Below are positions 8,470 through 18,064 of a DNA stretch of 64,000 nt, in pieces. Every line of letters begins with the position of its first letter. Position 1 is the first letter of the stretch. Position numbers and translations under genes: made by a program. The stretch covers positions 5,184,001 through 5,248,000 of the forward strand of contig OZ220733.1 in assembly GCA_965116875.1 (NCBI GenBank), in the 5' to 3' direction. The notes beneath the pieces were generated by a model, which saw nothing but the letters and a program-made list of their open reading frames with translations, did not search any database and had not been told where the DNA came from. This stretch comes from Candidatus Latescibacterota bacterium (lineage in GTDB: Bacteria; Latescibacterota; UBA2968; GCA-2709665).

Positions 8470-11400
8470 TCAGGTCTGTGAGATAATCAGCCAAGTCACA
8501 AGCTCAAAATCAGCGTTACTCGGACTGCGGGAATTAACCGGAAGTTTTGTGTCACGCTGACCGAAAATGCCAAGTTGTCGTATCTGCGTGGCAACGTTCG
8601 CGCCACCGATTTCTGCAATGACCGCGTTCAACAGCTTGTCGTAACTTGCCATCTCCTTCCCATTTTGGGTCTCGCGGTCGAACTGATCACACAAGGTTTG
8701 GATGGGCTCGGTCTTTCCTAAGGCCAGCGACTCAAACAGCTCAAGCGCCTGCCGCGCGTTAGCGCAACCGTAGCGGATGACTCCGGTGTTCCGGATGTAC
8801 GCCAGATAATATGGATGTATCGGGCTCGCCATTTTTTCCCGTCTGTCTTTAACTGTATTACGCCGCCGCAGGAAAAATACCACTCCCGGCGCCGGCCGAC
8901 TGCCTTCTCCGTGGGTTACAGCATAGGCCCCGCTGGGGGTCGCTTCCAATTCATCCCTATTCCCTTCAAGATAGCGTAATAGCTGCGCGAAAAAATAGTC
9001 CAGCGTAAAATCGCTTATTACGACGCCATCCGTGACTTCGTCAAGATCGAGGACTTCCTCGCGAAGTTGCTGAAGTTGCCAGTCTCGGAAACTGAGTTCT
9101 CTCTGAACCGTGTCGTAAGTCTCTTCGTCCAGGGGATCATCGGCCCCGCTCGCGGCCGCGTCAGCAAGCGCCATGCGAGCTTGAACGCGGGTTTGCAGCC
9201 GTAGATAGACTTCCATATCGTCCGTAGGCCAGTAATTGATCATCCTCACCGCCTTGCTGCGGCTTCCAATCCTGTCGATTCGCCCGAAGCGCTGAATGAT
9301 CCGTATAGGATTCCAATGGATATCGTAGTTCAGAACCGTATCGCAATCCTGCAGGTTCTGACCTTCCGAGATGCAGTCGGTCGCTATGAGCAGGTCAATC
9401 TCACCGTTGACCGCGACATTCCGCCCTCGCGCCCTGGGCGAGAAGCTGCTGAGAATAGCGTTGAAGTTGTTGGCGCCAAACTTCGTATGTGTCACGTCTC
9501 CTGCGACCATGGCCATATTCAGCCCCAATCCTTCCACCAAGTCTTCTAAGTTTTCGTAGAGGTATTCCGCAGTATCTTTGAAGGTCGTAAACACCAGGAT
9601 CTTGCGATTGACCCTGCCGTCTTTGTCTTTCGTTGGACTGTTCACCCTGTTTCGAATATGCTCCCTGATTTTTCGCAGCTTTCCATCCCGATCCGGTGTG
9701 ATCCCCCTGACTCTCTCCCATGCGGAAGAGAGCGTTTCCCTATCACTAATCAAATCCCCTCTCCACTTTGGAAGGTCGAGTTCGCGAAGGTGAAAGGGGT
9801 TTCTTGCCCGATTAACCAGGAATTCCTCATCATCTTCGTCGTCGTCCGGCAGGACGTCAGCCGGTTCATTGGTCTCGTATCGGGTATCCGGGAATTTATC
9901 GATCTTTTCGATCAAGTCGTTTATTTTGCCCACCGTCCGACCTAGAGTCTCTGCGAGTGAATGAGCTGAACTCTCCAGCCGCTTCAGAAAATTCGTGCGA
10001 ATCATACCAATCAAAAAACGTTCACGGTCCTCCTGGTTGAATCTCAGAGTCTGCTTCTCCTCTGCCAAGCGCCTCCGCGCTTCTTCACTCACGACGTATC
10101 TGGATGGTCTGTACACAGATAAGCCAAACGCTTCGATCTGCTCGGTGAGATCAGCATAGGACAGTCCGCCCGTTAGGTCGGTTGGTGGATGGTAATTCTC
10201 AGGTCGTAGCTGTTTAGGAAATTTGCCGATCCGATCCATTTCATGGGCGTAGAATGTCTTGATCTGACGTCGGGACCGGGCAATGGAAATCCCCCCAAGC
10301 AAACCGAAAAAATCTGCTCCCAGTTGTTCGAGCAACTTGGATTTATCCTTCTTGCCGGTCCGCGCTGTGGTGTTTTCCCACGACTTAAATTCCCTCTGTG
10401 CCTGTTTAATCAACACATTAATATTGCCAATCCCCAAACTCCCACGGAATACATCCTCGCGTCCTTCTGTCATGAGGTAGATCTGGTTTCGAAGATCAAC
10501 CAGCGACGTGTTAACAGGGGTCGCCGAGAGCATCAGTACTTTCGTCTGTACGCCCTCCTTTATCACCTCTTCCAGTAAACGAGAATAGCGACTGTGTCGG
10601 ACATTGCCGTCTTCATCTATTCGGGGTCGCGAGTCATTCCTGAAATTGTGTGACTCGTCGATTACCACCAGATCGAAATTACCCCAAATGAAGTTTGCGA
10701 GATTCGTATCTCCGGATGTTCCACTGTTGCGGGTCAAATCGGTATGTGAGAGTAACGTGTATCTGAATCGGTCCTCAAGAAAGGGATTGTCCCTTTGTGC
10801 GTTACGCGCCGGATAAAGTGCCCAGTTTTCACGAAGCTTCTTCGGGCTCAAAACTAGCACGTCTTTGTCCTTTGACTCGAAGTACTTAATTACTGCCAAA
10901 GCCGTAAATGTCTTTCCTAGTCCCACACTATCAGCCAGGATGCAGCCATTGTGTCGTTGCAGGCGTGTAATTACGCTCTTGACGCCGTCCTTCTGAAAGT
11001 TGTACAACGCATTCCAGATAGCCGTTTTATACAGGTTCGTGTCTTCGATATTTCGATCTCTGGCTTCCCTCGCATCTATATCCTCCCGGAACACCTGATA
11101 TAGCGTCTTGTAATAAATGAGTTCCGGTGAATGGTCCTTGCCGATCCGGTTGAGAGCGTCGACAACATCCCTTTTTACATTTCGGGTAAGCTTCCCGTCA
11201 GCCCAGAGATCGTCAAACCACGTGCGCAATTCCGCACGAATTGCCGGATCAGTGGTTGAAAGGTTGATTTCGACGTTTGACCCCTGATCGCAACCAAGTC
11301 CTCTCTTGGTAAAGTTGGAACTCCCGACCGCCGCCGATCCTCCATTGGACGATTCAGTTAGATGCATTTTGCCGTGAAGAAAGTTGGATCTGCCAATGGA

Positions 11401-11757
11401 TCGTATACGGACACCCCTCCTCCGCACCCATTCCTCGCATCTTCGCGCCAGATATTTTTGCTGGAGAACATGATGTGGCGAGAGGCCATCTTCCGTCAGG
11501 TCGTAAGACTTCGGCTCTTTTTCGCCTGGGTCCAGTTCACCCACGGATGCAGGATCGCCGAACAGAAAGCGGACATCTTTTAGGCCTCGAAGTTCGGATT
11601 CCAAAGCCTCATATCCGTAAATCGTGAAATATGCTGAAACGAGGCGGTACACGTCGGCATCGGACAGGTGCGTGCGCAGAAAATCGGCAACGCTGTGGTG
11701 CCGATTGTCCAGGATATGCTCGAACGCGGTGTTTTCAGCTTTTTTCGATTCGATCAT
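8470..11757 (-). CDS. PLD-like nuclease - SNF2-family helicase
   Basis: HGKMHL...GSSNFT (PLD HxK motif); Walker A LADSVGLGKT; DESHN; SATP; ISEGQNLQ; QRFGRIDRIG. Confidence 0.92.
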   Translation of the reverse strand: MIESKKAENTAFEHILDNRHHSVADFLRTHLSDADVYRLVSAYFTIYGYEALESELRGLKDVRFLFGDPASVGELDPGEKEPKSYDLTEDGLSPHHVLQQKYLARRCEEWVRRRGVRIRSIGRSNFLHGKMHLTESSNGGSAAVGSSNFTKRGLGCDQGSNVEINLSTTDPAIRAELRTWFDDLWADGKLTRNVKRDVVDALNRIGKDHSPELIYYKTLYQVFREDIDAREARDRNIEDTNLYKTAIWNALYNFQKDGVKSVITRLQRHNGCILADSVGLGKTFTALAVIKYFESKDKDVLVLSPKKLRENWALYPARNAQRDNPFLEDRFRYTLLSHTDLTRNSGTSGDTNLANFIWGNFDLVVIDESHNFRNDSRPRIDEDGNVRHSRYSRLLEEVIKEGVQTKVLMLSATPVNTSLVDLRNQIYLMTEGREDVFRGSLGIGNINVLIKQAQREFKSWENTTARTGKKDKSKLLEQLGADFFGLLGGISIARSRRQIKTFYAHEMDRIGKFPKQLRPENYHPPTDLTGGLSYADLTEQIEAFGLSVYRPSRYVVSEEARRRLAEEKQTLRFNQEDRERFLIGMIRTNFLKRLESSAHSLAETLGRTVGKINDLIEKIDKFPDTRYETNEPADVLPDDDEDDEEFLVNRARNPFHLRELDLPKWRGDLISDRETLSSAWERVRGITPDRDGKLRKIREHIRNRVNSPTKDKDGRVNRKILVFTTFKDTAEYLYENLEDLVEGLGLNMAMVAGDVTHTKFGANNFNAILSSFSPRARGRNVAVNGEIDLLIATDCISEGQNLQDCDTVLNYDIHWNPIRIIQRFGRIDRIGSRSKAVRMINYWPTDDMEVYLRLQTRVQARMALADAAASGADDPLDEETYDTVQRELSFRDWQLQQLREEVLDLDEVTDGVVISDFTLDYFFAQLLRYLEGNRDELEATPSGAYAVTHGEGSRPAPGVVFFLRRRNTVKDRREKMASPIHPYYLAYIRNTGVIRYGCANARQALELFESLALGKTEPIQTLCDQFDRETQNGKEMASYDKLLNAVIAEIGGANVATQIRQLGIFGQRDTKLPVNSRSPSNADFELVTWLIISQT

Positions 11758-11853
11758 CTTAGCTCCAGGAAATCTTTATCGGTATGCAGCACGTGAAGTA
11801 TATTACGGCATCGGAAGATTGTCTGTTAAATGTTCACCCGAAAGGACATCCTC

Positions 11854-12231
11854 ATGAAAAAACGACCGTTCACCAGTTCGAAGGGGAACATCCCCAAATT
11901 CCCTTATTCGCAGGCCATTATATACGGCGATTTGATATTCATCTCCGCCCAGCCTCCCGTGGACCCGGAAACGGGAGACGTGGATTCCGGCGACCTGAAG
12001 GCCCAGACCCGCCGGATCCTCGCAAACGTATCCGGCATTCTCGAGGACGCGGGCACTTCGCTGGACAACGTGCTCAAGGTCACCGTCTTCATCAAAGACC
12101 GGTCGCTGTTTTCCGATTTCAACGACGCCTACGCCGGTTTCTTCCCGGAAAATCCGCCGGCGCGGTCACCGGTCTTCACCGACACCGGCGACTCTCTTGT
12201 GACGATGGATTTCATCGCCGGCATGGAGTGA
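11854..12231 (+). CDS. RidA/YjgF family enamine/imine deaminase
   Basis: PYSQAI..GDLIFISAQ, VLKVTVF, FNDAY..FF...PPARS. ATG at 11854 follows AAAGGA. Confidence 0.9.
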   Translation: MKKRPFTSSKGNIPKFPYSQAIIYGDLIFISAQPPVDPETGDVDSGDLKAQTRRILANVSGILEDAGTSLDNVLKVTVFIKDRSLFSDFNDAYAGFFPENPPARSPVFTDTGDSLVTMDFIAGME

Positions 12232-12258
12232 GCGCAGGGACGGACGCGGAATACCGGT

Positions 12259-13278
12259 CTATTCGCCGCCGCCAGCCTTTGCGCGCTTCCTTCCGGCCAG
12301 GCGCGCGCCCAGGCGCAGCGTGCTAAGCATATTGGCTTCATTCGCGACGCCCTTACCCGCGATATCGAACGCCGTACCGTGATCCACGGAGACACGGACA
12401 ATGGGCAGACCCAGCGTCACGTTGACCGCATCGTGGAACGCCACCAGCTTGACCGGCGCGTGACCCTGGTCGTGGTACATCGCCACCACCCCGTCGAAAT
12501 CCCCATTGTACGCCTTGAGAAAGACCGTATCCGCGGGAAGCGGCCCTGTAACACACATTCCCTCGGCGATCGCCGCCCGTACGGCCGGCTCGATCACTTC
12601 CGCGTCTTCCAAACCCATGATTCCCGATTCTCCCGCGTGCGGATTCAACCCGCATACGGCAATGCCGGGATCCGGCCGGCCCATATCCGACAGTGCGCCG
12701 TGCAGAAGGCGGATGGTGTCGAGAACCCGTGCTTCGGTCAACCGCCCGGGCACCTGTTCCAGCGCCACGTGTCCCGTTACATGGGCCACGTTCAGGCGGT
12801 CGGACGCCAACATCAAACGGACGTCCGCAGCGCCCAGACGGTCTGCCAGCAACTCCGTATGGCCGGCAAAAGGGAACCCCGCCCGGTTCATCGCCTCCTT
12901 GTTCAGCGGCGCCGTCACGATCCCGTCGATTCGCCCCGATGCAGCCAGATCCGCCGCCCGGACCACCCATTCCACGGCCGCGCGGCCCGCCTCGGGACAG
13001 ACCCGCCCGGTCTCAATCTGCACGAGATCCACGTCGACAGGCGCCCAGAGATCGATCTGCCCGAAGCGGCATCCACCCGATTCGGGCCCGTCCACGATCC
13101 GGACCTCGAGCCGACAGTTTGAGTGCGCCAGATTCGCGGAGAGAACGTTGGGGTCGCCGACCACGAGCGGCCGGCAGAACGCATATACATCCGGATGGCT
13201 CAACGCCTTTACGATCACCTCCGGGCCGATGCCGCAGACGTCCCCCATCGTGATTCCCAGCAACGGACGCGGTGTCAT
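12259..13278 (-). CDS. pdxA: 4-hydroxythreonine-4-phosphate dehydrogenase (PdxA/PdxA2 family)
   Basis: ITMGDVCGIGPE, TAPLNK, GHTE, GLNPHAGE, AMYHDQG, VSVDHGTAFDIAGKG. Confidence 0.93.
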   Translation of the reverse strand: MTPRPLLGITMGDVCGIGPEVIVKALSHPDVYAFCRPLVVGDPNVLSANLAHSNCRLEVRIVDGPESGGCRFGQIDLWAPVDVDLVQIETGRVCPEAGRAAVEWVVRAADLAASGRIDGIVTAPLNKEAMNRAGFPFAGHTELLADRLGAADVRLMLASDRLNVAHVTGHVALEQVPGRLTEARVLDTIRLLHGALSDMGRPDPGIAVCGLNPHAGESGIMGLEDAEVIEPAVRAAIAEGMCVTGPLPADTVFLKAYNGDFDGVVAMYHDQGHAPVKLVAFHDAVNVTLGLPIVRVSVDHGTAFDIAGKGVANEANMLSTLRLGARLAGRKRAKAGGGE

Positions 13279-13328
13279 CGTGTCACCCTCTCACAGGCTG
13301 CCCGGCATGCCGCGATCGGACCGTGTCT

Positions 13329-14192
13329 CTATCCTTTTTCCGGCCCCGAGGTTGCGTACACCTGCCTGGGCATACCCCCGTAGGGTACCCCGCCAAGGTA
13401 CATTCGCGTGAATCCCCGTTGCACGGAAAACCCGAACTCCTCCGCCAGCGCCGTTCCGTCCGGATTCTCCAGCGGCACGTCGAAGAAAACCGGTTCGCCC
13501 GCCAGTCTGTCCATCGCCCAGCAGAACAGCGACCTGCCCGCCCGCTCGTTGGCGGACACCAGCGGTCCGATCTGAAAGGCGCTGCTGCCGGGTCTGACCA
13601 TCACGTATCCCTCGATCTCGCTTTCCGCCCCGGGGTAGACCCCGCACAAGCCGCCGGAGTCCCGGAAAAGAAACTTCAGCAGATCCTCCCGGCATACGCC
13701 GAAGCGGGGCGTATCGAAGGCAACCACTTCTGCAAGGTCCGTTTCGCGCATGGCGCGCACCGACGTCCAGCTGCACGCCCGTCCCACGCCCTCCCGCCGC
13801 TGCAGCCCGTATTCGTCCCGGAACCCGAGCGGCACGTACACCTGCCGTCCCATGGGCGTCGCGTCCAGCTTGACGGTATCCACGCCACTGTCCTGCAGGT
13901 GGGTGATGCCGTGCCGCAGCATCGCCGTGCCAATACCCTGCCGCCTGCGCACCGGCGGCACCAGTACCATCGCCACCCAGCCGCAGACCCCGCCGAACGT
14001 TACCGTCACGACCGTGCCGGCCGGTTCGTTTTCGATTTCGGCGACAAAACAGCCGCGAGGCGAAAGCGCCAGAAAGCGCTGCCAGTCCCCTTCGACCTGA
14101 TTCCAGCCGGCCAACGTCTTGAACCGCATACCGGTAGGGACGTCCGCCGGCGTCATCTGACGGATACACAGGCTCTTGTCGATATCGGACAC
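13329..14192 (-). CDS. Tandem-GNAT N-acetyltransferase
   Basis: WVAMVLV...RRQGIG, LDATPMGRQVY..LGF, IGPLVS, C-terminal GPEKG. GTG at 14192 follows GGAGGG. Confidence 0.85.
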   Translation of the reverse strand: MSDIDKSLCIRQMTPADVPTGMRFKTLAGWNQVEGDWQRFLALSPRGCFVAEIENEPAGTVVTVTFGGVCGWVAMVLVPPVRRRQGIGTAMLRHGITHLQDSGVDTVKLDATPMGRQVYVPLGFRDEYGLQRREGVGRACSWTSVRAMRETDLAEVVAFDTPRFGVCREDLLKFLFRDSGGLCGVYPGAESEIEGYVMVRPGSSAFQIGPLVSANERAGRSLFCWAMDRLAGEPVFFDVPLENPDGTALAEEFGFSVQRGFTRMYLGGVPYGGMPRQVYATSGPEKG

Positions 14193-14272
14193 ACACCCTC
14201 CGGCGAACCCCGTCGGCCCACGGCCATCCGCATTGGACCGTACGAGCCCGGGAAAGTCCTGCCATTCACCCG

Positions 14273-14301
14273 TTGACACCCCGGGCCGTACGCCTCATAT
14301 T
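14273..14301 (+). promoter_or_regulatory. Sigma-70-type promoter for the 14408 gene
   Basis: TTGACA-17 nt-CATATT about 100 nt upstream of the ATG. Confidence 0.55.
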
Positions 14302-14407
14302 ATCGCCACTTCCAGCCCCGCGCGCAACAGACGTGCATCGATTCCGCGTGTGATTCGCGCACTCTCCACGTTCTCAAAACCTCGCGCAAGAGCCCGGGTC
14401 CCACTCC

Positions 14408-16327
14408 ATGGCGAAACTTGTCACCCGCCGGTCCATCCTCATCGGCCTTGCGCTTACGGTTGTCATCTGCCTCTTCGCGACAGACACCACCTACCGGCTT
14501 CGGGCTTCCCGGGTTTCCCTGGGCCACCTGCCCATGTCGCTCTGGCTGCCGTTCCTCCTCCTCTTCCTCGTCAACCGGGTCCTGCAGAACTTCCGTCCGC
14601 TCTGGTCACTGAACGCCCGGGAACTGGGCCTGATCTTGTGTATGGGATTCATCGGCGGCGCATTTCCAACGAAGAACATCGCCGGGCGTCTTGTCGCCGT
14701 CCTCGCCACGCCGTACTACAAGGCCACGCCGGAAAACCGGTGGGGCGAGTACGTCACCGAACACCTGCGGTCCTGGTCCGTCCCCGGAAACCGGAACGGC
14801 GCCATCACCCACCTGTGGGAAGGCCTGCCCAGGGGCCAGCCCATTCCCTGGGAGGTCTGGCTGGCGCCCCTGTTCTGGTGGTTCACCCTGTTGTTCGCGC
14901 TGTTTATCGCCTGCCTCTGCATCACGGTGATTCTCCGCAAACAGTGGGTGGAACACGAACGGATCGTCTTTCCGCTGGCCCGGCTGCCGTTGATGATGAT
15001 TTCCGATCCCGGGGCGGGCGCCATCCCCCTCTTCAACAACCGACGTTTCTGGGCCGGATTCGGAATCGGCATTTTCGTTCTCGCGTGGAACGTGCTTCCC
15101 CGCCTTTCTCACAGGGTGCCCTTCATTCCTCTCGGACCCACGTATTCGAGCGCCCTGACGTTCGGCCACGACTTCCCGCCGCTCCAGATCAAATTCAACT
15201 TCGTGGTTGCGGCGTTCGGCTATCTCACGAACCTGGAGGTGCTGCTGTCCGTCTGGCTCTTTCATGTGCTTTCGCTCTTCGAGATCGGCCTGACCAACCG
15301 TCTCGGAATCACCGTCAGCAGCGAGTACCACGGCGGCGTTCTGCTGCAACAGGCGGGTGGATTCGTCGCGCTCGTGCTTCTGGGCCTCTACATGGCCCGT
15401 AAACACATTGCCGGGGTATTCCGCAGCGCCTGGAGGAAGCAGCCGGATATGGACGATGGGGACGAACTGCTGTCCTATCGCGCCGCCGTTGTCGGCCTGC
15501 TGGTTTCCCTGGCCTACTCGGTGGCCTGGCTCCACGCGCTGGGCATTTCCTTCCTGGCCGTAACCGTTCAACTCGGGCTGCTCCTCATCTTTTTCCTCGG
15601 CCTGTCCAAGATCGTGGCCGAAACAGGCCTGGTTTACATCGAAACGCCGCAACGCACGCAGGCGCTCACCGCGGCAATGCTGGGCACACAGGTACAGACG
15701 GCCGACCACGTGGGCCTGGCCCTGTCGGCCAACGTCGTTGAAAGCCACCGGCAATACATCCTGCCCTCGCTTGTACACGTCGCCCGGATCCAGCACAGCA
15801 TTCGCCTGAACCGGTTCCGCGTGACCGGGGCGCTCTGCGCGGCGTTCGTAGTCGGTTTCGCAGCGTCGATCGCCTACACACTCAATCTGTGTTACAGCGC
15901 CACGGGAGCGGCGAACATCCGGCACGTCTACGTTTTCGGCGGCTACGGCCTTCGCATGTTCAACCGCGTGGTCACGTGGGCGGGCGCGCCGCCCACGTTC
16001 ACGGGAACGGAACTCGCATTCATAGGCGCCGGCGTGCTCGGTACCCTGCTCCTTGGGATGCTCCGGCTGCGCTTTCCGTGGTGGCCGCTGCACCCCGTCG
16101 GATTCACGGTGGGCTACGCGTTCCCCGTGAGGGTTACCGCCTTTACCGTCTTTCTCGTGTGGGCGTTCAAATCCCTCGTGCTCCGGTTCGGCGGCATCGC
16201 GCTCTACCGGAGCTTTCAGCCTTTTTTCGTGGGATTGCTGATCGGCTATACACTGGGCGTGGGAATCTCGACGCTTACCGATGCGATCTGGTTTCCGGGC
16301 GACGGAAAGATGGTACACACCTGGTGA
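14408..16327 (+). CDS. Polytopic membrane protein, DUF6785/DUF6784-like putative transporter
   Basis: Many hydrophobic segments; IPWEVWLAPLFWW, ILRKQWVEHERIVFPL, WWPLHPVGF, PFFVGLLIG. Confidence 0.78.
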   Translation: MAKLVTRRSILIGLALTVVICLFATDTTYRLRASRVSLGHLPMSLWLPFLLLFLVNRVLQNFRPLWSLNARELGLILCMGFIGGAFPTKNIAGRLVAVLATPYYKATPENRWGEYVTEHLRSWSVPGNRNGAITHLWEGLPRGQPIPWEVWLAPLFWWFTLLFALFIACLCITVILRKQWVEHERIVFPLARLPLMMISDPGAGAIPLFNNRRFWAGFGIGIFVLAWNVLPRLSHRVPFIPLGPTYSSALTFGHDFPPLQIKFNFVVAAFGYLTNLEVLLSVWLFHVLSLFEIGLTNRLGITVSSEYHGGVLLQQAGGFVALVLLGLYMARKHIAGVFRSAWRKQPDMDDGDELLSYRAAVVGLLVSLAYSVAWLHALGISFLAVTVQLGLLLIFFLGLSKIVAETGLVYIETPQRTQALTAAMLGTQVQTADHVGLALSANVVESHRQYILPSLVHVARIQHSIRLNRFRVTGALCAAFVVGFAASIAYTLNLCYSATGAANIRHVYVFGGYGLRMFNRVVTWAGAPPTFTGTELAFIGAGVLGTLLLGMLRLRFPWWPLHPVGFTVGYAFPVRVTAFTVFLVWAFKSLVLRFGGIALYRSFQPFFVGLLIGYTLGVGISTLTDAIWFPGDGKMVHTW

Positions 16328-16349
16328 CGCGTGCCGTCCGCCATGGTCG

Positions 16350-17372
16350 TCAGGGCGAACGCCGCCCGGCGCGAGACCCCTCATCGCCGAACAGGAATGA
16401 AAGCAGGGCAAACCGGCGTCCGGACGTTACCTCCGTGACCTCGTGCAGGTGCGAACAGGAAAACACCACCGCTCCGCCGGCCCGCGGTCTGTAGAGGTGG
16501 GGGCCGAATTCCGGAAACCGCAGGCACCCGCCTGTATACGAGTCGTTCAGGTTCAACGTCAGCGCAAACCGGCGGTGAGCGGTCGACGGGCTGAGATTGT
16601 CCCGGTGGGCGTGAAAGAACCCTCCAAACTCGGCGTGGTAGCAGGCGATTTTGAACCCTTCAAACCGGGTGGCGCGGTACGCAAATGCGCGATGCAGTTC
16701 CGGAATCGCCCTTCGGCCGATCGTGGACGAGAGCAGCCGGACCAGTTTGTCGTCCTCTACGACATGGTCTCTCCGGCTTTTCTGTTCGACGTCGACCCGC
16801 TCGCCCCGCACCGCACCCAGCGATTGCTCCACGCCGGTTTCCACGCTGCCCCTGTTTTCCCACACCTGCATCAGAAAGTTGCAGATCTCGGGATCGAGCA
16901 CATTGGGAATCAGCAGCACCGGCGCCTGCGAGTCCACCAGCCTGGGCTCAATCCCGGCCCGGTTCGAATCCAGCACGTTTCGTACCTTGCGCGCGGCGTT
17001 TCGGGCTTCATCCAGCAATATTGACGCAAGCACGCGAAGGTTCGAATCCAGCACGAACACGACGGACGGTCCGGAATCCGAAATCCGGTACGCGGATCTC
17101 ACCACGCCTTTCGCATCCAGGAAAACCGGGTGGGGCCACCGCGGATCCGGCGCTGTTTCGTCAGCCTTGACCGCCAGGATATCCACGTCCCGTCCGTCCA
17201 GCTCGGACATGAGGTCCATAAGACGGTCATCGTCTCCCCGGTAAAATACCAGCAGCGCGGGTGCGCCGCCCGCCCTTGAATAGAACCGGGTCGGCTTGCC
17301 GTCCGGCGCCAGCGGAAGTACGAAGTCCGTTGCGCGCTCGCCTCTTTCCAGTCCATGAGAATCTGAATTCAT
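16350..17372 (-). CDS. Redoxin-like domain + 2OG-Fe(II) oxygenase
   Basis: N-terminal GERATDFVLP...FVLDSNLRV; C-terminal HRDN (HxD), FSCSHLHEV, GRRFAL. Confidence 0.85.
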   Translation of the reverse strand: MNSDSHGLERGERATDFVLPLAPDGKPTRFYSRAGGAPALLVFYRGDDDRLMDLMSELDGRDVDILAVKADETAPDPRWPHPVFLDAKGVVRSAYRISDSGPSVVFVLDSNLRVLASILLDEARNAARKVRNVLDSNRAGIEPRLVDSQAPVLLIPNVLDPEICNFLMQVWENRGSVETGVEQSLGAVRGERVDVEQKSRRDHVVEDDKLVRLLSSTIGRRAIPELHRAFAYRATRFEGFKIACYHAEFGGFFHAHRDNLSPSTAHRRFALTLNLNDSYTGGCLRFPEFGPHLYRPRAGGAVVFSCSHLHEVTEVTSGRRFALLSFLFGDEGSRAGRRSP

Positions 17373-17399
17373 CTCACACCTGTTCAAAAACAGAGGAAA

Positions 17400-17560
17400 A
17401 TTCACTACGAAAGAGGCGAAACTACGAGAATACCAAAAACGAGAAAATGGCTGAAAGGCAAAGCCACAACTACGAATGGCGCGAATCTACAGGAAATGAG
17501 CCTCAATCCGAAGATAGGCTTACCACAAAAAGCACAAAAGGCACAGAAGGTATAAGCGCA
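17400..17560 (+). repeat. Purine-rich short degenerate triplicated repeats (ACGAAA / ACGAAT / CACAAAA units)
   Basis: ATTCACTACGAAAGAGGCGAAACTACGAGAA, ACTACGAATGGCGCGAAT, ACCACAAAAAGCACAAAAGGCACAGAAG; the first 14 nt recur inverted at 6680-6693. Confidence 0.5.
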
Positions 17561-17642
17561 AAAGCGAGGCATCGAGGTCGCACGAAAGGATGGAATTCCC
17601 GCTCACGTCCAGTGACTTCAAGCGTCCGGCAACTTTGACATG

Positions 17643-17707
17643 AATTCGCCTTTGTTCTTCTGTATATATTCGACATTCACGTCCCAGGACAATTTCGAAT
17701 CAAGGTT
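17643..17707 (+). repeat. Dispersed block-conserved element, copy A
   Basis: GCCTTTGT-N11-TATTCGA-CAT-TCACGTCC-N12-GAATCAAGGT, shared with 47119-47195 and 52430-52507. Confidence 0.65.
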
Positions 17708-17967
17708 AGAACCTCATCTCCAGGAGTCCACGGTTCCTGGACAGCAGTGATACGCCCGATAATTGCAAAGCGAATGGACTCAAAGCCATCGGAATCGCAT
17801 GGGGACAAAAGATACTTCCAGTGGCGTGCGCGTCAAGACACAAAAATCCCCAACCGGTGCAGACTGCGCCGTCATGGCCGGAATTGACTGGAAACCAGAC
17901 GCCGGCGGACGGGCACAACGCGCCGGATTCCGGGGGGAACGGCGGGCTCCACCTCCTCCGAAATCCC

Positions 17968-17997
17968 TTGCAGGAAACCGCATAAGGCGCATATAAT
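17968..17997 (+). promoter_or_regulatory. Sigma-70-type promoter for the glycosyltransferase
   Basis: TTGCAG-18 nt-TATAAT about 70 nt upstream of ATG 18065. Confidence 0.45.
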
Positions 17998-18064
17998 AGC
18001 ACAGTTATCGCGAATACTCAACAGTTGGATTGGCCGGACGCTCGCTGCTGGCCACGGACCCCCT

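Noticed and set aside
2375-11757. Calling the left locus BREX or DISARM
   Set aside because: No PglZ, BrxC, DrmA or DrmB-like genes are visible in the window.
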